A DNA stretch of 62,055 nt, counting the filler, from Sphacelaria rigidula (taxonomy: Eukaryota), in the NCBI GenBank assembly GCA_964200075.2. It is 9 parts of 9 records of this genome, joined end to end, with 100 filler letters (N's around TTAATTAATTAA, not from the genome) between each part and the next. Parts side by side here need not be neighbours in the genome. Positions count along the whole stretch, not along the records: positions 6,908 to 13,714 come from CAXNAA020017986.1; positions 13,815 to 20,621 come from CAXNAA020017987.1; positions 20,722 to 27,527 come from CAXNAA020017988.1; 6 more parts are not named here. The stretch is one strand, 5' to 3'. Of the stretch, positions 11,596-21,881 are shown in pieces. The first letter of the stretch is position 1; each line of letters begins with the position of its first letter. Under the pieces are notes generated by a model, which was given only the letters and a program-made list of their open reading frames with translations, made no database searches and was not told where the DNA came from. A program made the position numbers and the translations under genes.

Positions 11596-12481
11596 CCGTA
11601 TTCTAGGGTGTATTCGCATCATAGGTGAGGCCTCCTCCACACCACCTTCACCCCCATTGGCGTCCTCCCACTCCTCCCCCTCCTCTCCTTCCCTGCCGTC
11701 GTACGCTTCGGTATGCCGCGCCAAAAACGATTCCCAAGTCATGGTCATCCTTCGCTGCGTCCCCCGACTCTTGTCCTCTCGCACATCAACACTGTCCATA
11801 TTACTTGCCGTTCCTCCTCCCCCTCCCCTTCCCGCTCCCTCCTCCTTGGTGCTTGTACAGCTGTGCATGCTCGTAGTTGTCGTTGGACTGGCGTGGCCAC
11901 TACCACTGCCACCACAATGTACCTTTTTTTTGCTTGTGATGCTGCTGTTGCTGCGGCGAAGCATCATTGCTGTTCCAACATCCTCCCCACCTGTACCTGT
12001 CCCGCCCGTAATACTAACACTACGGAAGGAAAGTGGAGGGTTGTATCGGGACGATTTGACCGGAGACCTGTTGTAACTGCGGGACGTCATCGGCGTGGCA
12101 CATTCCATATCGCTGCGCAAAGGCGACCCTCCGCCTCGTCCACTCTCAGCAGTTGCTGCAACACTGTGCCTCTCCTCCGCACCATTAGGAGTTAATCCGC
12201 CGCTAGTCTCGGCGCTGACAACCGCGTCGAGGCTCAAGCGGTCATTAACCGTTACGTTTCGCCTTCCGCCTCGTCCGGCCTCCGCTGCCGCCGTCACCAT
12301 ATCCGTCCCAAAGTTGCTTGACGGTGACACGCCCGCCGGCACTCCAGAAGCACACCCGTTTTCGTTGGGTTCCAAGTCCGAGGCGGGTTGTGAAGGTCGT
12401 CGCCTATTCCGAAACGACTCCTGTTGGTTATTCAGTGTACCCTGGTTGTGTGTTTTCATTGTAACGAAGAGAGGAGCGTTT
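11596..12481 (-). CDS. Large internal exon of a Ser/Gly/Thr-rich low-complexity protein of unknown function
   Basis: Open frame of ~295 codons bounded by acceptor ...GACATAG| and donor CGG|GTGAGT. Confidence 0.6.
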
Positions 12482-12797
12482 CTATGTCAACAGGTGCGTG
12501 AAGCGACTGTTGCGGGTTTTCGGAAGTGTGTGTTGCCACTGAATAGGGGGACTCGACAATAACAGAAAAAAACGGAGTTTCAATATTTTCAACACCAGCT
12601 GCTTCATTTGCGGTAGCTTGGGTTCCGTTCTGAGCCCACACTCCCGCTTGTACTGTACTGTTACTATTATAACAGCCCACAAGTTACTGTTGTAACAACA
12701 GTAGGTACTGTACTGTTACCACAACAGTAGTTTACTTCACCATACTGCAGGCAGTGATTGTTTTTTGTATTTGTAGTGGGAGCCAAATACGCCGTAC

Positions 12798-12820
12798 CTG
12801 CAGTCTTCAAAACAAGCCAT
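12798..12820 (-). CDS. Possible first coding exon (MACFEDC-R) of the same gene
   Basis: ATG at 12820, donor CAG|GTACG; phase 2 matches the next exon (AG+A = Arg, then NAPLFVTMK). Confidence 0.35.
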
Positions 12821-13110
12821 ATCTGAGTAGTCTCGTACATCGAGATGAAACGAGTTTCCAACAGATTTTCGGGGATGACAAATGTAAACAATGTTCTTGC
12901 TCGAACATCATCATATAGCACGGAATTTTTGGTTAGAAAAACCACGTGGACATCCGATAAGTTAGATAATTGTGATGCCTATCGTCCAACGCAAACGACT
13001 ACTGTTGTTCTGTGCCGTTCGAACCTCGTATTCCCGCCGTAGCCCTCTACGAGCAAAAAGTACAGGACAAACTCGTGGTTGATGAAACCAGCAGCGACCA
13101 ACAAGTTCAA

Positions 13111-13208
13111 CCCTTAGACCGCGAGATGAGTCTTTCTGGATCATGCATACTTCTTTTCACTTGAAATTGATGCCGATTCAACAGAAGACTAACCTCGCGG
13201 TCTAAGGG
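13111..13208. mobile_element. ~98-bp piggyBac-like MITE, copy 2
   Basis: Perfect 15-bp TIR CCCTTAGACCGCGAG; flanks TCAA/TTAA. Confidence 0.8.
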
Positions 13209-14140
13209 TTAAACATCTTTACGAGGAGGAGACCTTTCGGGGAGGGATCAACAAAAACATATAAAGTGAGAGGCTGCACCAACAAAAATGCATGTGTAAA
13301 TATACGTTGATTTCAATTCTTGCACAGATGCGATATAAATTCAAAAACAGCGGTACGACTTTGTTTCGCCTGTAGTTGCGTTCACAGTTTACAAGACAGC
13401 ACTACAGTATTGTAACCACAACGTTTTATTACACGAGATCTTGACGAGATTTATATATATATATATATATTAGATTTTGAGATGTTGGTGTACTTTCTGT
13501 GAAGCACGGACGACTGAACCGAAGGTCAGGTGCATTCAATGAGCTCTGTGTGGTAGACCCCCGCGGCACGTGAGGACCTGCGAAAGGGACAAATAGGAAG
13601 CAGCCCTAGAAAATGGCGCGAAACAATTCACTCTAGCATGTAACGGCGCACGACAAAAAACGGTTGATTGCACCCGCATGACGTGCTCGCGCGCCAAGTA
13701 GCCCGGCCCGCCCGNNNNNNNNNNNNNNNNNNNNNNNNNNNNNNNNNNNNNNNNNNNNTTAATTAATTAANNNNNNNNNNNNNNNNNNNNNNNNNNNNNN
13801 NNNNNNNNNNNNNNGATACCCACCCCTGTCACAAGTGAACTGTTCTTTCGACAGTACTGCGCCTGCGCTGCAAGGTCGAGCATATTGTATGTGCGTAAAA
13901 ATACTGTACAGCATATCAACAGCAATGAACACTACACGGAGTAACGAAACCCCGTGAAGCGTCCTCTGTGGCGCAAACATATACCCTACAGCCAAATCTC
14001 CGCGAGAAACACCGCACAGTTTCCCTGAAACCGTGTGGAGCGTCCTGTGTGGCGCAAAAACGAACCCAACAGACAAATCCCCGCACAGTATCCCTGAATC
14101 CTGTAGACGTGCCCCACAGGGTGCTACTTGTCCACGTGTG

Positions 14141-15176
14141 AATGACTCGAGTGCTCGCCCTACTACTGTTTCCACAGCAAGCAATGGCTTGAGTACTCGA
14201 GGACCTTCAAAAACGGCCAACGAGCAGCCCAGCGAGTGCGAGTGCCACGAGTCACAGTCGCGGTCGTCCGACGTGTGAACGAGTCATCAGCAATGCCCTG
14301 CTCATGCGGCACAGCTAGCTAGGTGTTTGACGCTTGACAGTGTGTCTTCTGTCACATGGGCGGAGGTGCACTAGCAAATGCAGGGAGCCTGCGGTAGTGC
14401 GGAGCACTGTACACGCTGAAAAGCCGCAGCCTTCTTGCTGTACTGTGTGGCGGCCACGGCTCTTCTGCTTGTACTGTACTCCGCCCCACCGCAGGCTCCC
14501 TGCATTCGCCAGTGGGGCCCCACCTGGTGTTGGCATTGTTGATGACTTCTTACAAATATATTCGCAGTTCACGACGAATGCGCGTTTACTGTCTAGCACA
14601 CACTCGCACCTACTGCCTGCAAGTTTCAGCTCAACTCGTTTGTTCGAAACGATGCACGCCCCAGCATGTCGGGTGTTTTCGGAAAGATTTGAGGGCATGT
14701 GCTATGTTGATGTTGCTCTCCTTGGTATGCCTTTTACACGCTCAAGATGCCTTTCACACGCGACAGTGTTTCTGGCGCGACCGTGAAGGCACCACAGTCT
14801 CAAAGCACCATCTAGCCTGTACATGATTTGCGACGTGGGATACCACCCCGGTCCGCTTTGAAGCTTGACGCTTGTACATGTGCAGATATGCTTACAGACT
14901 TGAAGATTATAGGCCCAAGATTGGCGGAAAGCTCATTATAATTATTTGCTCGTCGGACTGCTGACTCCTCGACACAAGTCGTCCACCTCAAGCAATGACT
15001 CGAGTGCTCGCCCTGTTAACTTTTTCACAACGAACAATGACTCGAGTACTCGCCCTATTAAGTTTTCCATAACGAGCAATGACTCGAGTGCTCAAGAACC
15101 TCCAGAAACGGCCAACGAGCAGCTCAACGAGCGCGAGTGCCACGAGTCATACTCGTGCTCAATAGACGTATGCAAC
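14141..15176. repeat. Two ~140-bp direct repeats built from 42-bp AATGACTCGAGT(G/A)CTCG subunits
   Basis: 14141-14280 and ~14990-15176 share AATGACTCGAGTGCTCGCCCT and AAACGGCCAACGAGCAGC..A.CGAG.GCGAGTGCCACGAGTCA. Confidence 0.75.
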
Positions 15177-15420
15177 ACTGAGAAAATATTGACTTGAGTA
15201 TGACACATGTACACAGAACACTTTGAAGTATGCCAAATATGTCGGGTGAAATAACTGGTTCGAGTGGTTACAAAACGTACCAGTTAACTGTTACTGGTCA
15301 GCTAAACTGGCAACCAGTTGACAACTCTACAAATATTCGGAACAGTGTTTTTCGGTACAGAATCGCCGACAACTTATTGAAACAAAATGTAGTCCGGGGG
15401 GGTGTAGTGGGCGGGGGAGA

Positions 15421-15644
15421 CGTACTAATTTGTTGCTTGCCTTGGAGTCTAGTCGTGTGACCATTCACCACGAATCCCTTTCAGTCAGGGGGTGGGGGGG
15501 GGCGTACTCATTTGTTGCTTGCCTTAGTCATTTGACCATTGACCACGCATCCCGTTCGAGACGGAGCCACGGGGGGGGGCGTACTCATTTGTTGCTTGCC
15601 TTAGTCATTTGACCATTGACCACGCATCCCTTTCGAGACGGAGC
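15421..15644 (-). mobile_element. Three tandem copies of the G-run-anchored ~65-nt element (15421-15482 degenerate, 15503-15567, 15580-15644)
   Basis: Core CGTACTCATTTGTTGCTTGCCTTAGTCATTTGACCATTGACCACGCATCCCTTTCGAGACGGAGC on +, each preceded by G-rich sequence; CAGTCAGGGGGTGGGGGG is duplicated at 15482 and 15644. Strand given is the inferred RNA sense. Confidence 0.85.
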
Positions 15645-16303
15645 AGTCAGGGGGTGGGGGGCGGGAAATAGCGTCTTCCAACATACCTCACGCACATCGT
15701 TCCGCCACGAGAACGCAATTCGCTGCTTTATTTTCGATTGCTTCCTATGAAACTTTGACACGATGTACAGGATGTGTGAGCGAAGAGCCCATTTCCCCCC
15801 CTTCACATTTTGTTTTTGCGTGAGTAATCGGCGACGAAACGTTTCAGAACAGTTCTCCATAATTAAATCGAGAGGAAGTCACGAGAAACTAATGTACACG
15901 GGGAGAAGTTAGGGTCTTTGCACATACCGCATGCACGTGGTATCAAAATGTACCTATTCGCATCTTCGGCGGCCCGGCGTGTATATGCAGCGTGAGTCAT
16001 ACGTACATGTTGCCCACCTTTTGCTCGTATGATATAAATAGTGGAAACATGTTGCTTCCCACCTAAAGTTCATGGGGCGCAACTGTTCGATGGCTCAGCC
16101 GCCTTGCAGATCAAGTGAGCAAGTATACGCGTATACGTCGCGAACCCCTTGAGGGCTGAATCCGCAATAAGCCCAATCTCAAGTTTTTTACTCGCACCTA
16201 ACACATCATCTATCGTACAAGAAACGCGTCTGCGTGACCAGAGCGGTTTCTCCAGCCGTATGTTTTTGGCGAAAAACAAAAGTAGGTACGGTCCCCCTTA
16301 CTC

Positions 16304-17638
16304 AAGCCAAAACGTAGCTGTAGTTAACTGCGCAAGTTGGAGCTATCCGTGCTAGGACCAAACCACTCAAGAATCAATTCCCACGCGAAGGCGAGGCGCC
16401 CACAGCCCGTGCAGAGCATGTGCACCACTTTCGCAGATGAAGAGCAGGGTTTTACGGTGGAACAGTGCCGCGGGAAACACGGGCCGTGCAGTTTACCCCG
16501 TTTTGCCCGACAATGGGGTGAGACTACCCAGCAAACACCGCTGAATTTACCTTGTACCTCATTGTGTCTCACGCTTTCAGAGCATGTCCAAAGTGTGCCT
16601 CTATTTTACCAATATGGGCCTTCCACAGCTCCCGTCCAACCCAACGAAGGGCACAAACGGAGTGGACAAAGAGCTTCTTCAATCCTTTTTTTGCCTCTTT
16701 CTACGGGCTGGAGTCGCGAGAGCCCATGCCTGATTTCACCTCTTTTTACGGCCTGGAGACGCAAGAGCCCACGCTTTTTTTCACCTCTTTTTACGGCCTG
16801 GAGACTCGAGATTTCTCTGGAGTAATTGGCACACCACGCGACCGTTGATAATCGGTACGACAAGCTGGGAAATACAGAACACAACACAAACGGCACAAAT
16901 GACGGAATGCAATGGCTGAACCACACCGTCGCTCCGCCATCGCTTTGACCGCCAGCGCAACCAGGTCCAGACAACTTGCCCTTCAGGGTGGCGGCAATAT
17001 ACAACGCAATTGTAGTAGCAGTAGAAGCACACGAAAAAACCGTGCGGTATACTACATGAAACGATTGTGGACACGAAAAGACAAGCGAGCAATGCCAGAA
17101 TCTGCCCGGAGTACCATTTGGGGGATTTGGAGGTGATACAACTGTGAAGCGCAATAATCTTGGCATTTATTCGCTCAAAGCTTCTTGTAATGTTCGACAT
17201 ATGAATGGCCCTAAAAGGAGGTGAACATTGGCGTGAGCTCCTGCGTCTCAAGCATGGATCAGAGAAGTTCTCTGTCCACTCGGTTTTGCGCCGTACGTTG
17301 GGTTGGACGGGAGCTGTGGAAGGCCCATATTGGTCAAATGGAGACACATTTTGGACATGCTCTGAAAGCGTGAGACACAATGAGGTACAAGATAAATTCA
17401 GTGGTGTTCACCTGAGTACACTCCATCGTCGGGCAAAACGGAGGGGTACACGGTATTGCCTGTGTTTCCCGCGGCACTGTTCCGCCGTAAAACCCCGATC
17501 TTTATCCGCAAAAGTGGTGCACATGCTCTGCATGAGCTGTTGGCGCCTTGCCTTCGCGGGGGGGTTGATTCTTGAGTGGTTTGGTCCTAGCACGGACAGC
17601 TCCAACTTGCGCGGTTAACTGCACCTACGTTTTGGCTT
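16304..17638. mobile_element. Foldback-type element with ~380-bp inverted arms
   Basis: 16304-~16685 is the reverse complement of ~17255-17638 (both arms translate as MELSVLGPNHSRIN...); the spacer holds three ~44-bp tandem repeats; no TSD found. Confidence 0.85.
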
Positions 17639-18153
17639 AAATATGGTGCCGATCGTGTGTGAACATATCTTGATATCGGTAGACTGTATTTGGAGCGGGA
17701 CAGATTCGCTTGATAACTTGCCAATCTGATCGCTCCATTCCGCTTGGGAATCGCCAGCGGAGTACTTTAGCACCAAGTCTTCGTGTTCGTGCACCAGGGG
17801 AGTACTCTAAAACCAAGTGTTTTGCGGTCTAACTCGTGGCGACTTTCAGACAAATCCAGTATCATGGATAATACAGTATTATAAACATACTTGAGTATTT
17901 TTCCCAATTTCCCCATCAAGCTCCGGCGAGAACCCGGCGTGCTCCGCCTCGGCTTCGCAGGGGTGAACCCCCGATGGGGTTGGCGCGAGGGGCCCCATAT
18001 CGTGAAATGGCTGCACCAACGCCCCCCAGGCCGCAAAAACCTCATTCTGGGGTTGGAGGAGGAGGGGTGGTACCCGATTCCATGGGGGGGTACCCCCCTG
18101 ATCGCTGGATGATGGCGAAAGTAGTTGCTGCGCTGCACCGCACGTGTAGTAAT

Positions 18154-18670
18154 TAGAGCTCGGTATTGGGTCTGCAAATGGCCCCAGTAGGATGTAGATA
18201 TATTGGGTGAAAAACTCTCGCATTAATCTGCAATCTCGCATAAGAAAGATCATATCCGGATATTTGGACTATCCTATGCGTATCCAAGATCACACCCGAT
18301 ATCCCTTCAGATATCTGTGGATATAGGGACGATTTGTCCAGATTATACAAATTTACTCGAAGGGTGTGGTATGCCTGTGTGATTTATGTGTGTGTAACGA
18401 CTGACGAGTTACATGCCTCATTAGTGAGCTGCATACAGTTATGCACTTGCCAGGCATACTGCATAGAGGAATACACGACAGCGCTAGAGGGACAACGCGC
18501 CCAAACGCTCAGACGCCAACAAGCAGAGCAAACAAGTGGAAACAAATCACGCCTCCGAGTGACGGTACTTGATGTTGTTGGTGTTTTTTTCTGTAATTAT
18601 ACTGCGTTTATCGACCGACTCAAACGTGCCGCCAGCGGGACCCTCTGTGCTCGGTGGAGCGGCTGATGGT

Positions 18671-18701
<31 letters not shown>

Positions 18702-20078
18702 TAGCGGTGGCAGTAGCCTGCGGTGCAGTAGCAGAGGCGCTGACGGTGGTGACATTACTTCGCTGTCCAGTTGCAGTGCTGTTGGCTGGGGGTGTCGACC
18801 GGGAGTTGCTCATTGCACATGTGTGGTGTGTGGTGTATGTGTGTAGTGTGTAGTAGTCGCTTTTTGTGTGCACGGGTGTAGTGCGGTGACATCACTGTTA
18901 CTTGCGCACCAGGGATCTGGGGTCTGCAGACAACGTAATGAGACTGATTTTGATATCCAAGAAGACATATCGTGTGATATCCACGTCTATATCTCACATA
19001 TATTGGGTATATTGGATGTATTTTGGAAATATATATCATGTCTGGAATATATATGCGAGAATATGCGGATATATTGGGTAATTTGGGGGTATTTTTTCTC
19101 GCGTAAGATTGGCCAAAACATCTTCAAGGTAATGCCCAAAAAACACGCTTAGAAAATGTAAATATCCTACTTCCTCTGTCCCATAAGTCTGGGGAGTTAT
19201 GTTTGTACGAGCCCTTAACGGTGTTAGCGGCTAACAAAAAAGTAGTCAGGCCAAAAATGGCCGTACTTTGACCACTTTCCACTGGGGGCACTATAAAAAC
19301 ACAACACTAAAAACCCTCAAGAATTATCCCCAACCCTAAACCTAACCCCCCTCTACTCAACAATCCATGTCGCATCCTTCCATACTAAATCCAGTACACT
19401 AGTGACCCCACACTAGAAACAAGACACTCAGGGGTCCCACACTAAAACCAAGACACTTGGGGGCAAACCAAACAACAGTAGCCCCCCCCTCTACTCAACG
19501 CTCCATGTCGCGTCCCTATACTTAAACCAGTATAATAGCGTCCCCACGCTAAAACCAGAACACTTGGGGGTTGCACACTAAAAACAAGACACTTGGGTAT
19601 CCCACACTAAAACCAAAACACTTGGGGGTCCCCAGGGAAAAACAAACGATTAGTTGTCCTCGCTATCACTGGGACTCGATGCCAGCCACGCCCAAGCCTT
19701 GTCGAAAGCCTCCTTATCGTATCCTACCCCTCTCCAACGTTCCCGCCCTCTACCGCTTCCTCACACCGGTATGTTCCACACTAAAGTCGTTATCGCCCAT
19801 CTTACGAAGTGTCTGGTTGTAAAACTTGAAAAAGGTTCTCAAAAATGGGCCAAAATGGGCATATTTTGACTTCATTTTTGTATGAACAACCGGATCTTTT
19901 TTTTGCATCATCACCTTCGTTAAGACTTCATATTTCCAACGAACCTAACTATAGGATGATCGGAAAAGTATAAGTGCGCAAATAATTACACGCCAATAAC
20001 TCCCCAGACTTTGGGACAGAGGAAGTATGCGTATTGGGGGCGATATAGTTTTAACCCAATACCCAATACTGAGCTCTA
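18154..20078. mobile_element. Non-autonomous hAT-like element
   Basis: TIR TAGAGCTC(G/A)GTATTGGGT, GATAT-rich subterminal repeats at both ends, degenerate 8-bp TSD GTAGTAAT/GTTTTATT. Confidence 0.7.
19170..20025. mobile_element. Tc1/mariner (Stowaway-like) non-autonomous element nested in the hAT-like element
   Basis: ~30-bp TIR CTTCCTCTGTCCCA(T)AAGTCTGGGGAGTTAT with TA on both sides; internal CACACTAAAACCAAGACACTTGGGGG repeats. Confidence 0.85.
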
Positions 20079-21374
20079 GTTTTATTCTCACGTTAATTAC
20101 ATTTTATAACTGCCGCTACCTCGATGTTGGATACTCCCTTTCACCATACCACGTCCACAACATTCCCCTTTGCAACCGTTCCCTCTCTTGTGTCGCAGTG
20201 CAGTATGAATTACGATAATATGTAGATATACGCGTTGTATGAACACGACTGTCTGCCCAAACGCAGGCGAAGTACGAGATCATCTGCAATTCACACATTG
20301 TGCACGTTTATAATATCAGAACATTGCCGTGTCGGCTGGTAACACTGCAGTCAACTTACTGCATGTACATTTCAGTCATTCAGTAGCAGTACAAAACTGT
20401 TCGTCGTGCACCGCCCTCCTCAGCATGGCGGCCGTATCACTGCGATAGTGGCAGGTTGGTAACAACCGGTCTTGCAACAGCCAGCGGGACTCAATATTCA
20501 TTATCCAGTGATCCCCACCACTCAAAAATCATTTTATAGCCGGCAAACTTGCTCCCCGATGGCCACGAAACAACTGACACACCAAACCTCCTCGGTTTTG
20601 GGCTGCTCACGTTGAGATTTTNNNNNNNNNNNNNNNNNNNNNNNNNNNNNNNNNNNNNNNNNNNNTTAATTAATTAANNNNNNNNNNNNNNNNNNNNNNN
20701 NNNNNNNNNNNNNNNNNNNNNTGGAAAGGCGAGCCTACGTCTGTGACCGCGGGTTCGCGAGATCAAAGTAATGTGCGGAAATAATAATAATAATAATATA
20801 ATAATAATTGCGGTCTCGACAAAATAGTCATTTCAGTGATACAGCCTCACACATCGTGTTTTATCCTGCTGACTTTGAATAATTTCGTCGCCCGTCCTAC
20901 TCAAACGCGCAACGCTCCAGGGAGGTAATGTCTCGCTCCCGTGGTATGGGCGTTCGGACCTCACGAATAGTGAGCCGTCGACGACTCCTTTTGTCAACAC
21001 TATTATTATATCCGAGCAATGCTACGGCAGGGATGCACTTTTTTGCGCACAATCTCATGTGGTTCACGGGCTCCTAACGACTCTAGATGCACAATAAAAT
21101 GGGTCAGGGCATCCCCGTCTGCAAATCCATTCGGGATGCCCCTAGTTCTTCGGGATAGTAATCCTGGCGTACTCTCACATACTTCATAAGTCGTGTTTTG
21201 GATCAGAGAAAGGACTCCTAACAATGTCAACCTCAGAACATATTTGTACACCCCTACCGTAGCATCCCTCATTCGATCAACATCAAGAGATGACACTCAC
21301 GTGCAGTACCTGCTACATGTAACCGTCATTTTTCGGTCGAAAACCTCCTCCGCAGATTACACACAAGCGTTCCA

Positions 21375-21881
21375 TCACACGGGTTGAGTTAGAACAAGCC
21401 TTACCGCGGGCCGAGCCTCAAATAGCAAGTTCCGTCCCAGCCGGCTGTACGCCTGATTAGACAGCCTGTTGGTCACAGCCGCGATGCTCTGTGGAGGCAT
21501 GGCCACCAGGGGTGCTAAAGGTTTGACTCCAGCGGGCATGGCAGCAGAGGTATCCGCTGCTGCCACAGCCCGAGCCATACCGTGCGGTACTTCTAGCGAC
21601 GTCATCGCTGTGTCCGTAGTCACTAGTCCCAAGTCAGGGTTATCAGCCCCGCCACTGTATGCAGCTGTCGATGCCAAGAACTGTCCTTGCTGCTGTTGTT
21701 CTTGCCGTTGTAACTGTTGCTGAGCATGCCATGCTGCCTCGGCCGTGACCTCAAGATCGAGGTTGCTAGGTTCATTATCTGGAGGTGCGATTTCATCGTC
21801 GGCGGTATTGTGTCCCGTTATTGTTGTTGCTGCTGCTGCTGTTGATCTCGCTGCTTCGAAGGGGCTCATAGTAGTCGCCAT
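21375..21881 (-). CDS. Ala/Gln-rich low-complexity ORF, probable exon; host gene or transposase N-terminus
   Basis: 168-aa ATG-initiated ORF with a poly-Q stretch; donor-like GCG|GTAAGG near 21403. Confidence 0.4.
   Translation of the reverse strand: MATTMSPFEAARSTAAAATTITGHNTADDEIAPPDNEPSNLDLEVTAEAAWHAQQQLQRQEQQQQGQFLASTAAYSGGADNPDLGLVTTDTAMTSLEVPHGMARAVAAADTSAAMPAGVKPLAPLVAMPPQSIAAVTNRLSNQAYSRLGRNLLFEARPAVRLVLTQPV

Noticed and set aside
15421-15644. CRISPR-like array from three tandem repeats
   Set aside because: Repeats are ~65 nt, separators are short G-runs rather than unique spacers, copies are dispersed, and there are no cas-like ORFs.
18547-18873. Poly-AT/VA ORFs
   Set aside because: Products of a GGTGGC hexamer microsatellite inside the hAT-like element.
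19328-19350. Telomere-like CCCTAAACCTAACCC
   Set aside because: Only two imperfect units, inside a TIR element.
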